Source: Gemmatimonas sp.
GTDB taxonomy: Bacteria; Gemmatimonadota; Gemmatimonadetes; Gemmatimonadales; Gemmatimonadaceae
Length of the DNA: 64,000 bases
Assembly (NCBI GenBank): GCA_965279375.1
Contig: OZ257156.1
Location: 3,552,001-3,616,000 of the forward strand
Reading direction: 5' to 3'
Notes under the pieces: generated by a model
What the model was told of the DNA's origin: nothing
Database searches by the model: none
What the model saw: the letters and a program-made list of their open reading frames with translations, nothing else
Position numbers and translations under genes: made by a program
Shown: positions 19,531 through 29,449 of the stretch, piece by piece
Layout of the letters: each line of letters opens with the position of its first letter
Position numbering within the stretch: position 1 is the first letter of the stretch

Positions 19531-22509
19531 TCAGAACCCCACGTCGATGCTGAAGAAGTACTGGCGGCTCGACGGGAACGGCGCGAGGTCGATGAACCGC
19601 GTGAAGTTCGAGTTGCCGAAGTTGCTGAACTCCGGGTCGTAGCTCCAATACTTCGACCACAGCTTCAGGTTACGGCCGCTGAGGTTGAAGCGAAGGCTAG
19701 AGGCACCCGGGATCTTCTGGGCCCACGAGTTAGGCGCCTGGTAGTTCAGCGTCACTTCGCGGAGCTTCACGTACGTGCCCTTCTGGATGTACGGGCGGAT
19801 GTCGCCAGCAGCGAACGTGCTGTATCGATCTTCGCCGAGCGCGACGAAGTCACGCGACTGGCCGCCTTCGTCGAACAGGTTGTTCGTCATGTTCGACACC
19901 GAGCCGCCATTCCGCCAATCGAGCAGGAAGGAGAGGCTCAGCTTCTTGAACGTGAAGTCGTTGTTGAACGTCGTCGTGTGGATCGGGTTCGAATCGAACA
20001 GGATCGTGTCACGGACGGCGCCGTTGGCACCGAGCGGCGCGTTGCCCCAGATGTACGAGGAGCGCGTGTTCGACGCGATGCGGTTACGGCCATACGTGGC
20101 GCCGAACGAGCTACCGGCGGCGAACGACGGCACCGGGATGTTGTCGGTGCGCTGCACGTTGGCGTTGTAGATCACGCGCGTCGACCACTCGAACGCACCC
20201 TTGCGGAACGGGACCGCCGAGATGACGGCTTCGTTACCCTGCACGGACAGCTGGCCACCATTGATGATCTGCGAGCCGAGGCCCGACGACGGCGGAAGCG
20301 GGAACGTGAGGAGCAGGTCGGAGATACGGCGCTGGTAGCGCGTGAGTTCGAAGGACAGGCGCGATCCGAAGAGCGTGACGTCCGTACCGAACTCGGTCTC
20401 GTTCATGACTTCCGGCTTGATGCCCGGGTTACCGAGCGTGCCGTTGGAGACGAGCGAGCCGGCGCCACCGATGATTCCACCCGACGCGTACAGCACGTCG
20501 CGGTCGCCGTAACGCGGGCGGTTGCCCGACTTGCCGACGGCGTAGCGGAACTTGATGTCGTCGATCTGGTCGAAGACGGGCTTCACGAAGCGATAGGACG
20601 CCGAGACCTTCGGGAACGCGTAGAACTTCTCGCGATCGCCGTTGGCGCTCGAGCGGTCAGCGCGGAAGCCGGCGTTGATGGCCAGCTTTTCGTTCAGCGC
20701 CAGTACCTGTTCGTTGACGTAGTACGACTGGTCGCGGAACTCGTTCTTGCCGTTGGTCACGGCGAGGTCCGTCGCACCGACCGGCACCTTCACCGTCGGG
20801 AGCAGGCCACGGCCGCGCAGCGAGTACGTGTTGAGCGTCTGGTTTTCGTACGAGCCACCAACGGACGTCGTGGCCGACGTGAACCACTTGTTGCCCAGCG
20901 TAAACGTCCACACCGCGTTCACGCCCTGATTCATCTGGAAGCTGGACGCGTTCACCTGGTTGGCCGTGCCGAGGAAGTTGTCGGCCGACTCATACTGCAG
21001 GTAGTTGGGCGAGTACTGGTAGCCTTCCTGCTGGAAGCGGTCCACACCGGCGAGGTAGGACAGCTGCAGCGAGTTGTGCGACGTGCTGAACGGCGTGTAG
21101 CTGGCGCGGACGTTACCGGCCTGGCGCCACACCGCTTCCGTGTTCACGAGCTCGTTGAGCACGTCGAACGGGTTGGACGTGCCGTTGCCGCCGCCGTTGA
21201 ACGGCATGCGCACCGGGCGACCCGTCGCCGGGTCGATCGCCTGCAGGTCGACGATCGCGGGCGAGTAGCCGAACGTGTAGATCGGGCTCGTACCGGAGTT
21301 GTCGTTACCGCCGACGCCGCGCTGGAAGAAGTTGCGCGTCACGTCGAGACCGGCGCTGAGCGTCACCTTGGTGCCGAGCGTCTGGTCGAGGTTGATGCGA
21401 GCACCGGTGCGACGAGCGCCGGTGTTGATCATGATGCCGGACTCCTGGCGATCGTTGATCGACGCGAAGAAACGCGTGTTGTTCACGCCGCCCGAGGCGG
21501 AGAGCAACGTTTCCCACGACGGATCGGTGCGGCCATAGAGCTGGCCCTGCCAATCATAGAACGGGCAGGTCGGGTTGCACGCGGCCTTGGCGGCCGCATC
21601 GCCCACCGGGCCACCGACCCAGTCGGCGACTTCGGCGTAGCTGGCAAACTTGCGCGACGACAGGTTCTTGAGCTGCTCCTGCGTGCCCATGCGCTGCACG
21701 ACGTTCCACGAGGCCTTGCCCTGCTTGCCGCGCTTGGTCGTGATCACGACGACGCCGTTCGTTGCGCGCGCGCCGTAGATGGCCGAGGCCGCCGCCGACT
21801 TGAGCACTTCGATGTTTTCGATGTCGTTCGGGTTCAGGTCAGCAAGACGGTTGACGACCTGGTCCTGGCTGGAGCCGGTCGAACCCGACGCGCGGGTGAC
21901 CGAGCTGGCGCCCGAGGAGATGGAGGCGTTGGAGATGATGACGCCGTCCACGACGTAGAGCGGGTCACCCTGGCCGAGCACCGACGTGGCGCCGCGGATC
22001 TGGATCTGGGCACCACCGCCCGGCGCACCGCTGTTTTCGAACATGCGGGCACCGGCAACCTTACCGGCGAGATTGCCTTCAACCGAGCGCGCAGGCACGC
22101 GGTTGAGCTCGGCCGTGTTGACCGAGGAGACGGCCGTGGCCGCCACGCGGCGATCGGTCACCGTCGCGGCGCCCGTCACCGTCACACCTTCGAGCTGCAG
22201 CACGTCGCGCTCGAGTACGAAATTGGCCGACGTCTCCGTCGGGCCGACGCGAATGGTCTGGCGCTTGAACCCGAGCTGGCGAGCGAGGACGACCGCCTCG
22301 CCGGCGGGTACACGAAGGCGATACTCGCCCTTCTCATTGGTACGAGTGCCAACCTGCTGGCCGACGATGCCGACGGTCACGTCAGCGATCGGCGCACCGG
22401 TGCCGGCCTGCGTCACTTTGCCCGCGATATCGCGGGACTGCGCTTCCGCACGAAGCGGCAGCACAGCGACGATGGCGGCAGCGGCTACAAACTTGAAAAG
22501 CCTGCCCAT
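19531..22509 (-). CDS. SusC/RagA family TonB-dependent transporter
   Basis: N-terminal CarboxypepD-reg-like domain; plug PLYVVDG, LNPNDIENIEVLK.AAASAIYGARATNGVVVITTKRG; C-terminal F. GGAGA RBS before ATG 22509. Confidence 0.95.
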   Translation of the reverse strand: MGRLFKFVAAAAIVAVLPLRAEAQSRDIAGKVTQAGTGAPIADVTVGIVGQQVGTRTNEKGEYRLRVPAGEAVVLARQLGFKRQTIRVGPTETSANFVLERDVLQLEGVTVTGAATVTDRRVAATAVSSVNTAELNRVPARSVEGNLAGKVAGARMFENSGAPGGGAQIQIRGATSVLGQGDPLYVVDGVIISNASISSGASSVTRASGSTGSSQDQVVNRLADLNPNDIENIEVLKSAAASAIYGARATNGVVVITTKRGKQGKASWNVVQRMGTQEQLKNLSSRKFASYAEVADWVGGPVGDAAAKAACNPTCPFYDWQGQLYGRTDPSWETLLSASGGVNNTRFFASINDRQESGIMINTGARRTGARINLDQTLGTKVTLSAGLDVTRNFFQRGVGGNDNSGTSPIYTFGYSPAIVDLQAIDPATGRPVRMPFNGGGNGTSNPFDVLNELVNTEAVWRQAGNVRASYTPFSTSHNSLQLSYLAGVDRFQQEGYQYSPNYLQYESADNFLGTANQVNASSFQMNQGVNAVWTFTLGNKWFTSATTSVGGSYENQTLNTYSLRGRGLLPTVKVPVGATDLAVTNGKNEFRDQSYYVNEQVLALNEKLAINAGFRADRSSANGDREKFYAFPKVSASYRFVKPVFDQIDDIKFRYAVGKSGNRPRYGDRDVLYASGGIIGGAGSLVSNGTLGNPGIKPEVMNETEFGTDVTLFGSRLSFELTRYQRRISDLLLTFPLPPSSGLGSQIINGGQLSVQGNEAVISAVPFRKGAFEWSTRVIYNANVQRTDNIPVPSFAAGSSFGATYGRNRIASNTRSSYIWGNAPLGANGAVRDTILFDSNPIHTTTFNNDFTFKKLSLSFLLDWRNGGSVSNMTNNLFDEGGQSRDFVALGEDRYSTFAAGDIRPYIQKGTYVKLREVTLNYQAPNSWAQKIPGASSLRFNLSGRNLKLWSKYWSYDPEFSNFGNSNFTRFIDLAPFPSSRQYFFSIDVGF

Positions 22510-22721
22510 AGAGGGTCTCCGAAGGAGGGGAGCAGCAAACATGGAGAAACCGTACTGCAACATCGGATGGTACTGAGGGACAACAGCAACTCCGAGGGGA
22601 CGGAGTGCCGCTACACAAAGTCCAACGACATACAGTGCGCTGAAACTATGACTGAAACAGCGTCCGTCTAGGTTCCGTCACTCGCGGTAACGAAGGGATT
22701 TCCCTCTTGCGCGAGAGGCGC

Positions 22722-23456
22722 TCATCGTACAAGCGCACCCAGGCGGCCACCCAACGCCCGCCACTGTAACACAGCAAGCTCAGCTATTCGACGCGCGCCT
22801 GCATCCGATAGGTGCGTGTCGTCCTGATGCCCATCGGGATAGATCGCACGCTCCCCCGGAAGGGACCACGCATACAACGACTTTGCCGCTTCCGAGCCCA
22901 ACCGCGACACCACGGATCGGCTCGCCTGCTCGAGATCGAGCAACGGCACGGACTGCGCGGCGGCGACCTCGCGCGTCACGACGGGATAGCGGCCATGCGT
23001 CTCACGCAGCACGCCGCTGTTGTCAAAGCTGCGTCGCACGATCGAGGTCGCGAGCATCGGAATCGCTCCCCGCGCCCGCGCCTCGCGGACAAAACGCTCG
23101 AGGTTCTGGCGATAGGCGCCGTCCGCCGCGGCGTAGCGCGTCGAGTCTTCACGTTTCTCGTCGTTGTGCCCGAACTGAATCACGACCACGTCGCCGGCCT
23201 GCAGCGAATCGAGCACCGCACGCCAGCGCCCTTCGTCGAGAAAGCTCTTCGTGCTGCGCCCGTTCACGGCGCGATTGCGCACCTCGACGCCCTCACGCAG
23301 CAGCGGCGCGAGCATCGTTCCCCAGCCGCGCTCCATAGTCGTGTCCGGCGTCTTGCGATCGGCCATCGTCGAGTCGCCGATCATCCAGACGGCAGGCTGC
23401 GGCTGCCTGATGAGCAGCGTGGTCGCAACCAACGCCCAGATCAACGCCGACCTCAT
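22722..23456 (-). CDS. SGNH/GDSL esterase, rhamnogalacturonan acetylesterase-like
   Basis: IGDST, GWG, GRSTKSF, QFGHND and DDTH motifs; signal peptide. Confidence 0.88.
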   Translation of the reverse strand: MRSALIWALVATTLLIRQPQPAVWMIGDSTMADRKTPDTTMERGWGTMLAPLLREGVEVRNRAVNGRSTKSFLDEGRWRAVLDSLQAGDVVVIQFGHNDEKREDSTRYAAADGAYRQNLERFVREARARGAIPMLATSIVRRSFDNSGVLRETHGRYPVVTREVAAAQSVPLLDLEQASRSVVSRLGSEAAKSLYAWSLPGERAIYPDGHQDDTHLSDAGARRIAELAVLQWRALGGRLGALVR

Positions 23457-26179
23457 GGCGTGCTCGCGGCGAAGGCACGACGGATCGACACAGTGCGCTC
23501 GAGCTCATCGCGCGACTGCAGAATCTTCTGCCGCAGATCGGTCGCCAGCGTTGGATGCGCGGCGAGCCAGCGATCGATTTCGGCGAGCGCCTCCGCGCTC
23601 GATTGACCGCCGATCGTCGCGCCGAGCCAGCTGCCAAGGAAGAAGATGCGCCGATTCTTCTGGATCCACGGCAGCGTGTCGAGCGACGGCGTGAGGTACG
23701 CGCGTGAGAGCGCGTCCTGATCGGCCTCGTGAAATGCGCGCAGGCTCGAGGTCACCCACTCTTCGTTCAACTCCGCATCGCCAAACCAGCGCGCGTAGTA
23801 CCGCTGCTTGGTCGCGGCATCGGGGCGCGCCGCCTCCGCGACGAACGCTTGCCGCTTTCCCTCGCTGGTCGAGTCGCGCAACGCTTCCGACCGCAGTCGC
23901 GACTCTGCGTTGGGCGCCGCACGAGCCATCAGTCGCGTCACGATCGCCCAGCGTGTTGGCGGACGCAGCGGCAATCCTGCGGCCACGTTCGCATCGAGCC
24001 ACTGCTCCAGTCGGGCCAGTCCTTCGGTATCACGCGCCAACCCGATCACGGCGTCCAGCTGCGCCTTGCGTTCGCCGTAGCTGCGCGTGCTGTCCAACGC
24101 GCCGGCCAGAAACACCGACTCGGCGCGCCGACGCACACTGTCTGCCGCATCGCGATCCGCGTAGCGTGACAGCGCAGTCCCGATGCGTCCCACCAGGCTG
24201 CTCGCGATCTGCTCGTCGCGTTCGTTGGGTAGCGCGCGCAGGGCGAGCGAGGCGAATCGAACCGGCGACAGCCGAGCCTCGCGCACCAGATCCCACAACG
24301 ATCCCCAGAGCATCGCGCGCAGGAAGTCGTCCCGCACGCTGCCAATGTGCTCTCCAAGCCATCGCACGCTCGACGAGTCGGGGAGGACTAGCGCATAGCC
24401 GTAGTCGCCTTCATTGGCGAAGATGAACGCGGGCGCCCTCTTACCACGGACTGCAGTCACGACCGTCGTGTCTCGCGTCATGAGAACCGGAACGCGCTCG
24501 AGCGTCGGCTTCGCCGCACCATTGTCGTAGTAGAGCAGCAGCTGCGTCTTGAGCGGCCACGCGCCTCGTCCTGACAGCCTAGGTTGTGCCGGACGCTGGA
24601 TCAGCGCGAGCCGCGCGATCGCGCCGTTGGCGGTGCTGACCTGCTGCTCCACGATCGGCATGCCCGGACGCAGAATCCACTGCGCACCCCACGGCGTGAG
24701 ATCGCGCGCCGACGCGCGTCCGATCGATTGCAGCAGATCGCGCCACGTCGCGTTGCCGTAGCGGTGGCTCTTGAGAAAGTCCTGCAGTCCGCGCTGAAAC
24801 GCGTCGTCGCCAACGAGATAGTCGAGCTGACGCAGAATGCCTGGCGCCTTGTTGTAGACGATCGGGCCATAGTTGCTCTTGGCCTGATCGAGATTGCCGA
24901 GGGCTTGCCAGACGGGCGTCGTGCCGGCGGTCGCGTCGGTGGCGTAGGCAACGGGCTTGTTGCGCAGATAGAACGTCTTCCACGCATTGGAGGTCGGCGC
25001 GAGCGACGCCTGCATCTTGGCCGCCATGTAGGTGGCAAAGCCTTCCTTGAGCCAGAGGTCGTCGAACCAGCGCATGGTGACGTAGTCGCCGAACCACTGG
25101 TGTGCGACTTCGTGGAACGTCGTGGCTTGTCGGCCAAGCAGCTGCGACATCGTCGGACGTTCACGGTAGATGAAGCTCTCTTCGTTGTAGAAGACCGCGC
25201 CCGGATGCTCCATGCCGCCAAAGGGGAAGACCGGCGCCAGCAGGAAGTCGAATTTGCCGAAGGGGTAGGGCACACCAAACCACGCACCGAGCCAGGTGAG
25301 CGCGCGTGCGTTCATCGCAATGAGTGTGTCGGTCTCCACTTCCTTGGCGCGCGACCGTCGCGACCAGAGGCTGACCGGAACCGCAGGCGCGCCCGGCGCG
25401 ATCACATGCTGTTGCGTGACGGCGTTCCATGGGCCGGCCGCGAACGCAATGAGATACGTGCTGAGCGGCGCGGATTCGGCAAAGCGGTGCACGATACCGC
25501 GCACGGTCGAGTCGCTCGACAGCGGTGCGCCGTTGGCCAGTGCGCGCCACCCGATGGGCGTCGTCAGCGTGAACGAAACGCGTGCCTTGAGGTCTGGCTG
25601 GTCGAAGGTGGGAAAGAGCTGATTCGCGTCACTCGGCACGAGCAGCGTATACAGATAGTCCGCGCCGTCGGTGACATCACGGCTACGGATGATGCCGGCA
25701 CCCGCCGGTGCGATGGGCGATGCGAAGTCGAGCGTGATGTCATGCGCGGTGCCGCGCAGCGCGGCGGCGGGAATGCGCACGTGCGCGCCATTCCAGTACT
25801 GACCGGTGCCACCGGGCAGCGCCGCGCCATCTGCCGCAATGGAGCGCACGGCCAGCCCGCGAAAGTCGAGAATGACGTCGCTCTTTTGCGCCTGCTCGAA
25901 ACGCACATGCACGGTTCCGGTGGCCGTGTCGCGATTGGTGACGTCCAGTGCGAGTTGGTAGCGCACATCGCGGACGCGGGCGGCGCGGTAGGTGGCGAGT
26001 TCCTTGGAAACGCCCGGCCCGTCGAGCGCGGCGGCCGACCGCGTCGCGCTCGACGGCGACGCGACGGCGCTGCGTGTCGGCGCGCTTGCTGCCTGGGCTG
26101 ATAGTGCAGCGAGATCGCCTGCGAGTGGACTCAGGGCGACGCTCGCCGTGATGAGGCCCACTCGGGCGAACACTGTCAT
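23453..26179 (-). CDS. Exported M1 family aminopeptidase (PepN-like, ERAP1-like C-terminus)
   Basis: FDQPDLKA, GGMEH, HEVAHQWFGD..WLKEGFA and VYNKA motifs; signal peptide. Start 26179 or 26239. Confidence 0.92.
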   Translation of the reverse strand: MTVFARVGLITASVALSPLAGDLAALSAQAASAPTRSAVASPSSATRSAAALDGPGVSKELATYRAARVRDVRYQLALDVTNRDTATGTVHVRFEQAQKSDVILDFRGLAVRSIAADGAALPGGTGQYWNGAHVRIPAAALRGTAHDITLDFASPIAPAGAGIIRSRDVTDGADYLYTLLVPSDANQLFPTFDQPDLKARVSFTLTTPIGWRALANGAPLSSDSTVRGIVHRFAESAPLSTYLIAFAAGPWNAVTQQHVIAPGAPAVPVSLWSRRSRAKEVETDTLIAMNARALTWLGAWFGVPYPFGKFDFLLAPVFPFGGMEHPGAVFYNEESFIYRERPTMSQLLGRQATTFHEVAHQWFGDYVTMRWFDDLWLKEGFATYMAAKMQASLAPTSNAWKTFYLRNKPVAYATDATAGTTPVWQALGNLDQAKSNYGPIVYNKAPGILRQLDYLVGDDAFQRGLQDFLKSHRYGNATWRDLLQSIGRASARDLTPWGAQWILRPGMPIVEQQVSTANGAIARLALIQRPAQPRLSGRGAWPLKTQLLLYYDNGAAKPTLERVPVLMTRDTTVVTAVRGKRAPAFIFANEGDYGYALVLPDSSSVRWLGEHIGSVRDDFLRAMLWGSLWDLVREARLSPVRFASLALRALPNERDEQIASSLVGRIGTALSRYADRDAADSVRRRAESVFLAGALDSTRSYGERKAQLDAVIGLARDTEGLARLEQWLDANVAAGLPLRPPTRWAIVTRLMARAAPNAESRLRSEALRDSTSEGKRQAFVAEAARPDAATKQRYYARWFGDAELNEEWVTSSLRAFHEADQDALSRAYLTPSLDTLPWIQKNRRIFFLGSWLGATIGGQSSAEALAEIDRWLAAHPTLATDLRQKILQSRDELERTVSIRRAFAASTP

Positions 26180-26415
26180 CGCCCACGTGCGGCGGTCGTT
26201 CCGGGGCGGGAGCGGTGATGAGACGCGTGATGTCGGCATTCGGGAGCCTATGTCCTCGGCGTCCTGAACGGCAAGCACAACCCACAGCGGTCACAATCGA
26301 ATGGATGAGTTCGCTAAGGAATGATTTCGAACGCGCGGCCGTCGGCGCTTGGGTCGATCGGGTGCGAGTCTGCATCCAGTGCTTCTTCCCTCAGACGACT
26401 ACACAGGAGCATCTC

Positions 26416-27708
26416 ATGACGAGTTCGATGCGCGCGCTTGCCTCGATACTCCTCCTCGGGGCGTTGACCGCCTGCGGCGGTTCTGACAGCGGCCCCGGTG
26501 GCGGCGGGACGACCGCGCCCACCGCCGCATCGATCGCGCTGACGGCATCGAATACGGCGCCGCTCGCATCTGTTGGCGAGACGGTGACGCTGACGGCACT
26601 GGTGCGCGATGCCAGCCAGGCGGCGCTCGCCAACCCCACGGTGAGCTACGCGTCGAGCAATGCCTCGGTCGCCACGGTCTCGGGGAGCGGCACGTCCGCC
26701 ACGGTCACCGCGGTGGGCGACGGCACGACGACGATCACCGCGACCAGTGGCTCCGTCTCGGCGACGGCGACGGTTACGGTCGCGCAGAAGCTCTCAGCCC
26801 TCACCCTCACGCCAGCCAGTCCGACCTTGACCATCGGAGCGACGGCCACGCTCGTGGCCAGCGCGCGTGACGCCCGAGGCAACGCCATTGCTGGTGTGTC
26901 GGGCTACACGTTCACCACGGGCCGCGCAGCCACGGCGATCGTGAACAGCACGGGTGTGGTTACGGCGATCGCGCCGGGAACCACAACGATCGCGGCGTCC
27001 ATCACGCGAGACGGTACGACGGCCAACGCCACGGCCAATGTCACCGTCAGCACGCCGCTCTCGGGCGCGGCCACGGCGGCGGTTGGCACGACGGACGCCA
27101 CATTTACCGTGCCGAGTGTGACCATCGCCGTCGGCGGGACTGTCACCTGGACCTTTGGAGCGACGTCGCACAACGTCATCTTCTCTTCTGCGGGCGCGCC
27201 GACGAACGTTCCCATCTCGGCAAGCTCGTCGGTCTCACGCACGTTTCCGACGGCAGGTACTTTCCCGTACGCTTGCACGCTGCACGCGGGCATGAACGGC
27301 ACGGTCATCGTCGCCGCGCCGTCGCTGATGGCATTGCTCAATGGCGCCAACGAGCGTCCGACCGCCACGTCGTCCACGGGCAACGGTGCCGCGCTCATCG
27401 CGGTGAATGGCTCGACCGTCAACTATACCGTCGCCTATCAGGGCATCACTGGCGCGCCCACCGGACTGCACATCCACTCGCCGGCCACCACGAGCACCAA
27501 TGCCGGCATCAGCGTGGACCTGCTCACGACGCCGCTCACGGGAACCAGCGGTGTGCTCACCGGCAGCTTCACGGCATCGGCAATTCGTACGGCAGGTGTC
27601 TCGCTCGATTCGCTCGTCACGTTGCTGCGCAACGGCAACGCGTACGTGAACATCCATTCCTCGACGTTCCCCGCTGGCGAAATCCGCGGTCAGGTCACGG
27701 TCCCCTGA
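26416..27708 (+). CDS. Lipoprotein: 2x Ig-like (Big_2) + cupredoxin + CHRD domain
   Basis: Lipobox LTAC; SSNASVATVS Ig repeats; HNV...YACTLHAGM type-1 Cu ligands; CHRD motifs LHIH and AYVNIHS..FPAGEIRGQ. CAGGAG RBS. Confidence 0.85.
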   Translation: MTSSMRALASILLLGALTACGGSDSGPGGGGTTAPTAASIALTASNTAPLASVGETVTLTALVRDASQAALANPTVSYASSNASVATVSGSGTSATVTAVGDGTTTITATSGSVSATATVTVAQKLSALTLTPASPTLTIGATATLVASARDARGNAIAGVSGYTFTTGRAATAIVNSTGVVTAIAPGTTTIAASITRDGTTANATANVTVSTPLSGAATAAVGTTDATFTVPSVTIAVGGTVTWTFGATSHNVIFSSAGAPTNVPISASSSVSRTFPTAGTFPYACTLHAGMNGTVIVAAPSLMALLNGANERPTATSSTGNGAALIAVNGSTVNYTVAYQGITGAPTGLHIHSPATTSTNAGISVDLLTTPLTGTSGVLTGSFTASAIRTAGVSLDSLVTLLRNGNAYVNIHSSTFPAGEIRGQVTVP

Positions 27709-27786
27709 TCGGCAGCGGCTCACAGCTTGCGAGCTACCGCACTCCATCTTGTTTCCTGCCTCACTTCTCCTTTCCCAATTGCCATC

Positions 27787-28797
27787 ATGACACGCTCGCT
27801 TCGCACTGTCTCGCTCGCCGCGTTCGCCTTCGCTCTGGCCGCCTGCGGCGACGACGCGACCGCACCGGTCGCCTCCAGCGTCACGCTCACTCCGTCTGCC
27901 ACGGGCAGCCTCGCCAGCATCGGTGAGACGCGCACGGTCGCCGCCGTCGTCAAGACGTCTGGTGGCGCCGCGATCAGCGGCGCGACAATCACGTACACGA
28001 GCAGCAATCCAGCGGTGGCCACGGTTGCGGGCACGGGCGCGTCTGCGACCGTCACTGCGGTCAGCAACGGCAGCGCCACGATCACGGCGACCAGCGGCAG
28101 CGCCACCGGCACGCTCGACGTTGCCGTTGCGCAGAAGCTCGTCACGCTCGCCGTCAGCGCCGCTTCCGCGTCCATCGCGCCGGGCGCCACCTCGCAGCTG
28201 ACTGGCACTGGGCGCGACGCGCTCGGTAACGCGATCGCTGGCATTACGGGCGTCAGCTACACCACGGCCGCCGCGCGCACCGCCGTCGTCAGCTCGACGG
28301 GACTTGCGACGGCGATCGCGCCGGGCACGGTCGCCATCACCGGCTCACTCACTCGTGATGGTGTCACCGCTACCGCGAGCACCAACCTCACGGTCACCAC
28401 GCCGACCGCGGGCTTCTTCACGCAGATGAACGGCGCCAACGAGCGTCCGGCCGCGACGCCGACCACCTCCAACGGCTCCGCGTTGTTCACGCAGAATGGC
28501 ACGACGATCAACTTCGTCGTCACCTACCAGGGCCTCCAGAGCGCGCCCACCGGCTTGCACATCCACTCGCCGGCCGGCTCCACAGTCAACGCGGGTGTCA
28601 GTGTCGACTTGCTCGGCACCAACCAGCTTCCCTCGACTGGCGTGCTGACCGGCAGCTTCACCGCCGCGAACATCCGCACGGCGGGCGTGTCACTCGATTC
28701 GATGCTCGTGCTCATTCGCAGCGGCAACGCCTACGTGAACGTGCACTCGACCGTCTATCCGGCGGGCGAGATCCGCGGCCAGCTCGGCACGCCGTAA
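27787..28797 (+). CDS. Lipoprotein: 2x Ig-like (Big_2) + CHRD domain (paralog of the upstream gene)
   Basis: Lipobox LAAC; SSNPAVATV; CHRD motifs LHIH and AYVNVHSTVYPAGEIRGQ. Confidence 0.85.
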   Translation: MTRSLRTVSLAAFAFALAACGDDATAPVASSVTLTPSATGSLASIGETRTVAAVVKTSGGAAISGATITYTSSNPAVATVAGTGASATVTAVSNGSATITATSGSATGTLDVAVAQKLVTLAVSAASASIAPGATSQLTGTGRDALGNAIAGITGVSYTTAAARTAVVSSTGLATAIAPGTVAITGSLTRDGVTATASTNLTVTTPTAGFFTQMNGANERPAATPTTSNGSALFTQNGTTINFVVTYQGLQSAPTGLHIHSPAGSTVNAGVSVDLLGTNQLPSTGVLTGSFTAANIRTAGVSLDSMLVLIRSGNAYVNVHSTVYPAGEIRGQLGTP

Positions 28798-28850
28798 GCG
28801 GCACGCCGTAAGCGGCAGTCGTAAGCGGCAGTCGGCAAGCGGCGCGCCGT
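28786..28850 (+). repeat. Degenerate ~14-bp tandem repeat (4.5 copies) overlapping the stop codon
   Basis: GGCACGCCGTAAGC GGCACGCCGTAAGC GGCAGTCGTAAGC GGCAGTCGGCAAGC GGCGCGCCGT. Confidence 0.85.
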
Positions 28851-28934
28851 CGCATACGGACAGCGCGTCGTTCGACAGCTCACGCAGCACAAACTCCGTC
28901 GAATCAGCGTGCGAGTCACGCTGGTCCGACTGCG

Positions 28935-28973
28935 AAACAGCCGGTGCACCCGTCGAGGTGCGCCGGCTGTTTT
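28935..28973 (+). terminator. Intrinsic terminator after the CHRD genes
   Basis: AAACAGCCGGTGCACC-cgtcga-GGTGCGCCGGCTGTTTT. Confidence 0.8.
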
Positions 28974-29018
28974 GGCGTATGGCCAAGAGCTCGCGGCGTT
29001 TACTCCGCGCGCAAAACA

Positions 29019-29058
29019 ATACTTAGGTATTTACAAAAGTATCAGAGCGTGCTAGACT
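29019..29058 (+). promoter_or_regulatory. ArsR-type operator palindrome plus extended -10
   Basis: ATACTTAGGTA-TT-TACAAAAGTAT (11-2-11, 9/11 symmetric), AT-rich. TGcTAGACT at 29050-29058. Confidence 0.65.
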
Positions 29059-29089
29059 CGTCGAGCAGGCAGACAACCCCAGAACGTGG

Positions 29090-29449
29090 ATGGTCTCGGA
29101 CATGGTGCAAGCCGCAGCCGCAGCAGCCGACGCAGTGTTTCACGCCCTGTCCAATCCGACACGGCGACAGGTGCTGGAACAGCTCTCCGTCGGGCCAGCG
29201 ACCGTCAGCGAACTGGCGGCGCCGTTCGACATGCAGTTGCCGTCATTCGTCCAGCATCTCTCGGTGCTCGAACGAAGCCGACTGGTGAAGTCGAAGAAGC
29301 GCGGGCGCGTGCGCACGTACGAACTCGTGCCCGAACGATTCACCGTCGTGGAGGACTGGCTCATCGCGCGTCGTCAGCTCTGGGAAGCGCGACTCAACCG
29401 TTTCGATCGATACGTCACTCAACTCAAGGACAAGGAGTCGGACGCATGA
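29090..29449 (+). CDS. ArsR/SmtB family transcriptional regulator
   Basis: VFHALSNPTRRQVL, TVSELA, HLSVLERSRLV and KRGRVR motifs. Confidence 0.92.
   Translation: MVSDMVQAAAAAADAVFHALSNPTRRQVLEQLSVGPATVSELAAPFDMQLPSFVQHLSVLERSRLVKSKKRGRVRTYELVPERFTVVEDWLIARRQLWEARLNRFDRYVTQLKDKESDA

Noticed and set aside
19510..22671. 1053-aa plus-strand ORF (and the 728-aa ORF 17304-19490)
   Set aside because: Antisense shadows of susC, susD and the M28 gene. They are R/V/A-rich with no motifs, which is expected in high-GC coding DNA.
28786..28850. Possible CRISPR array
   Set aside because: Adjacent 13-14 bp units with no spacers and no cas genes.
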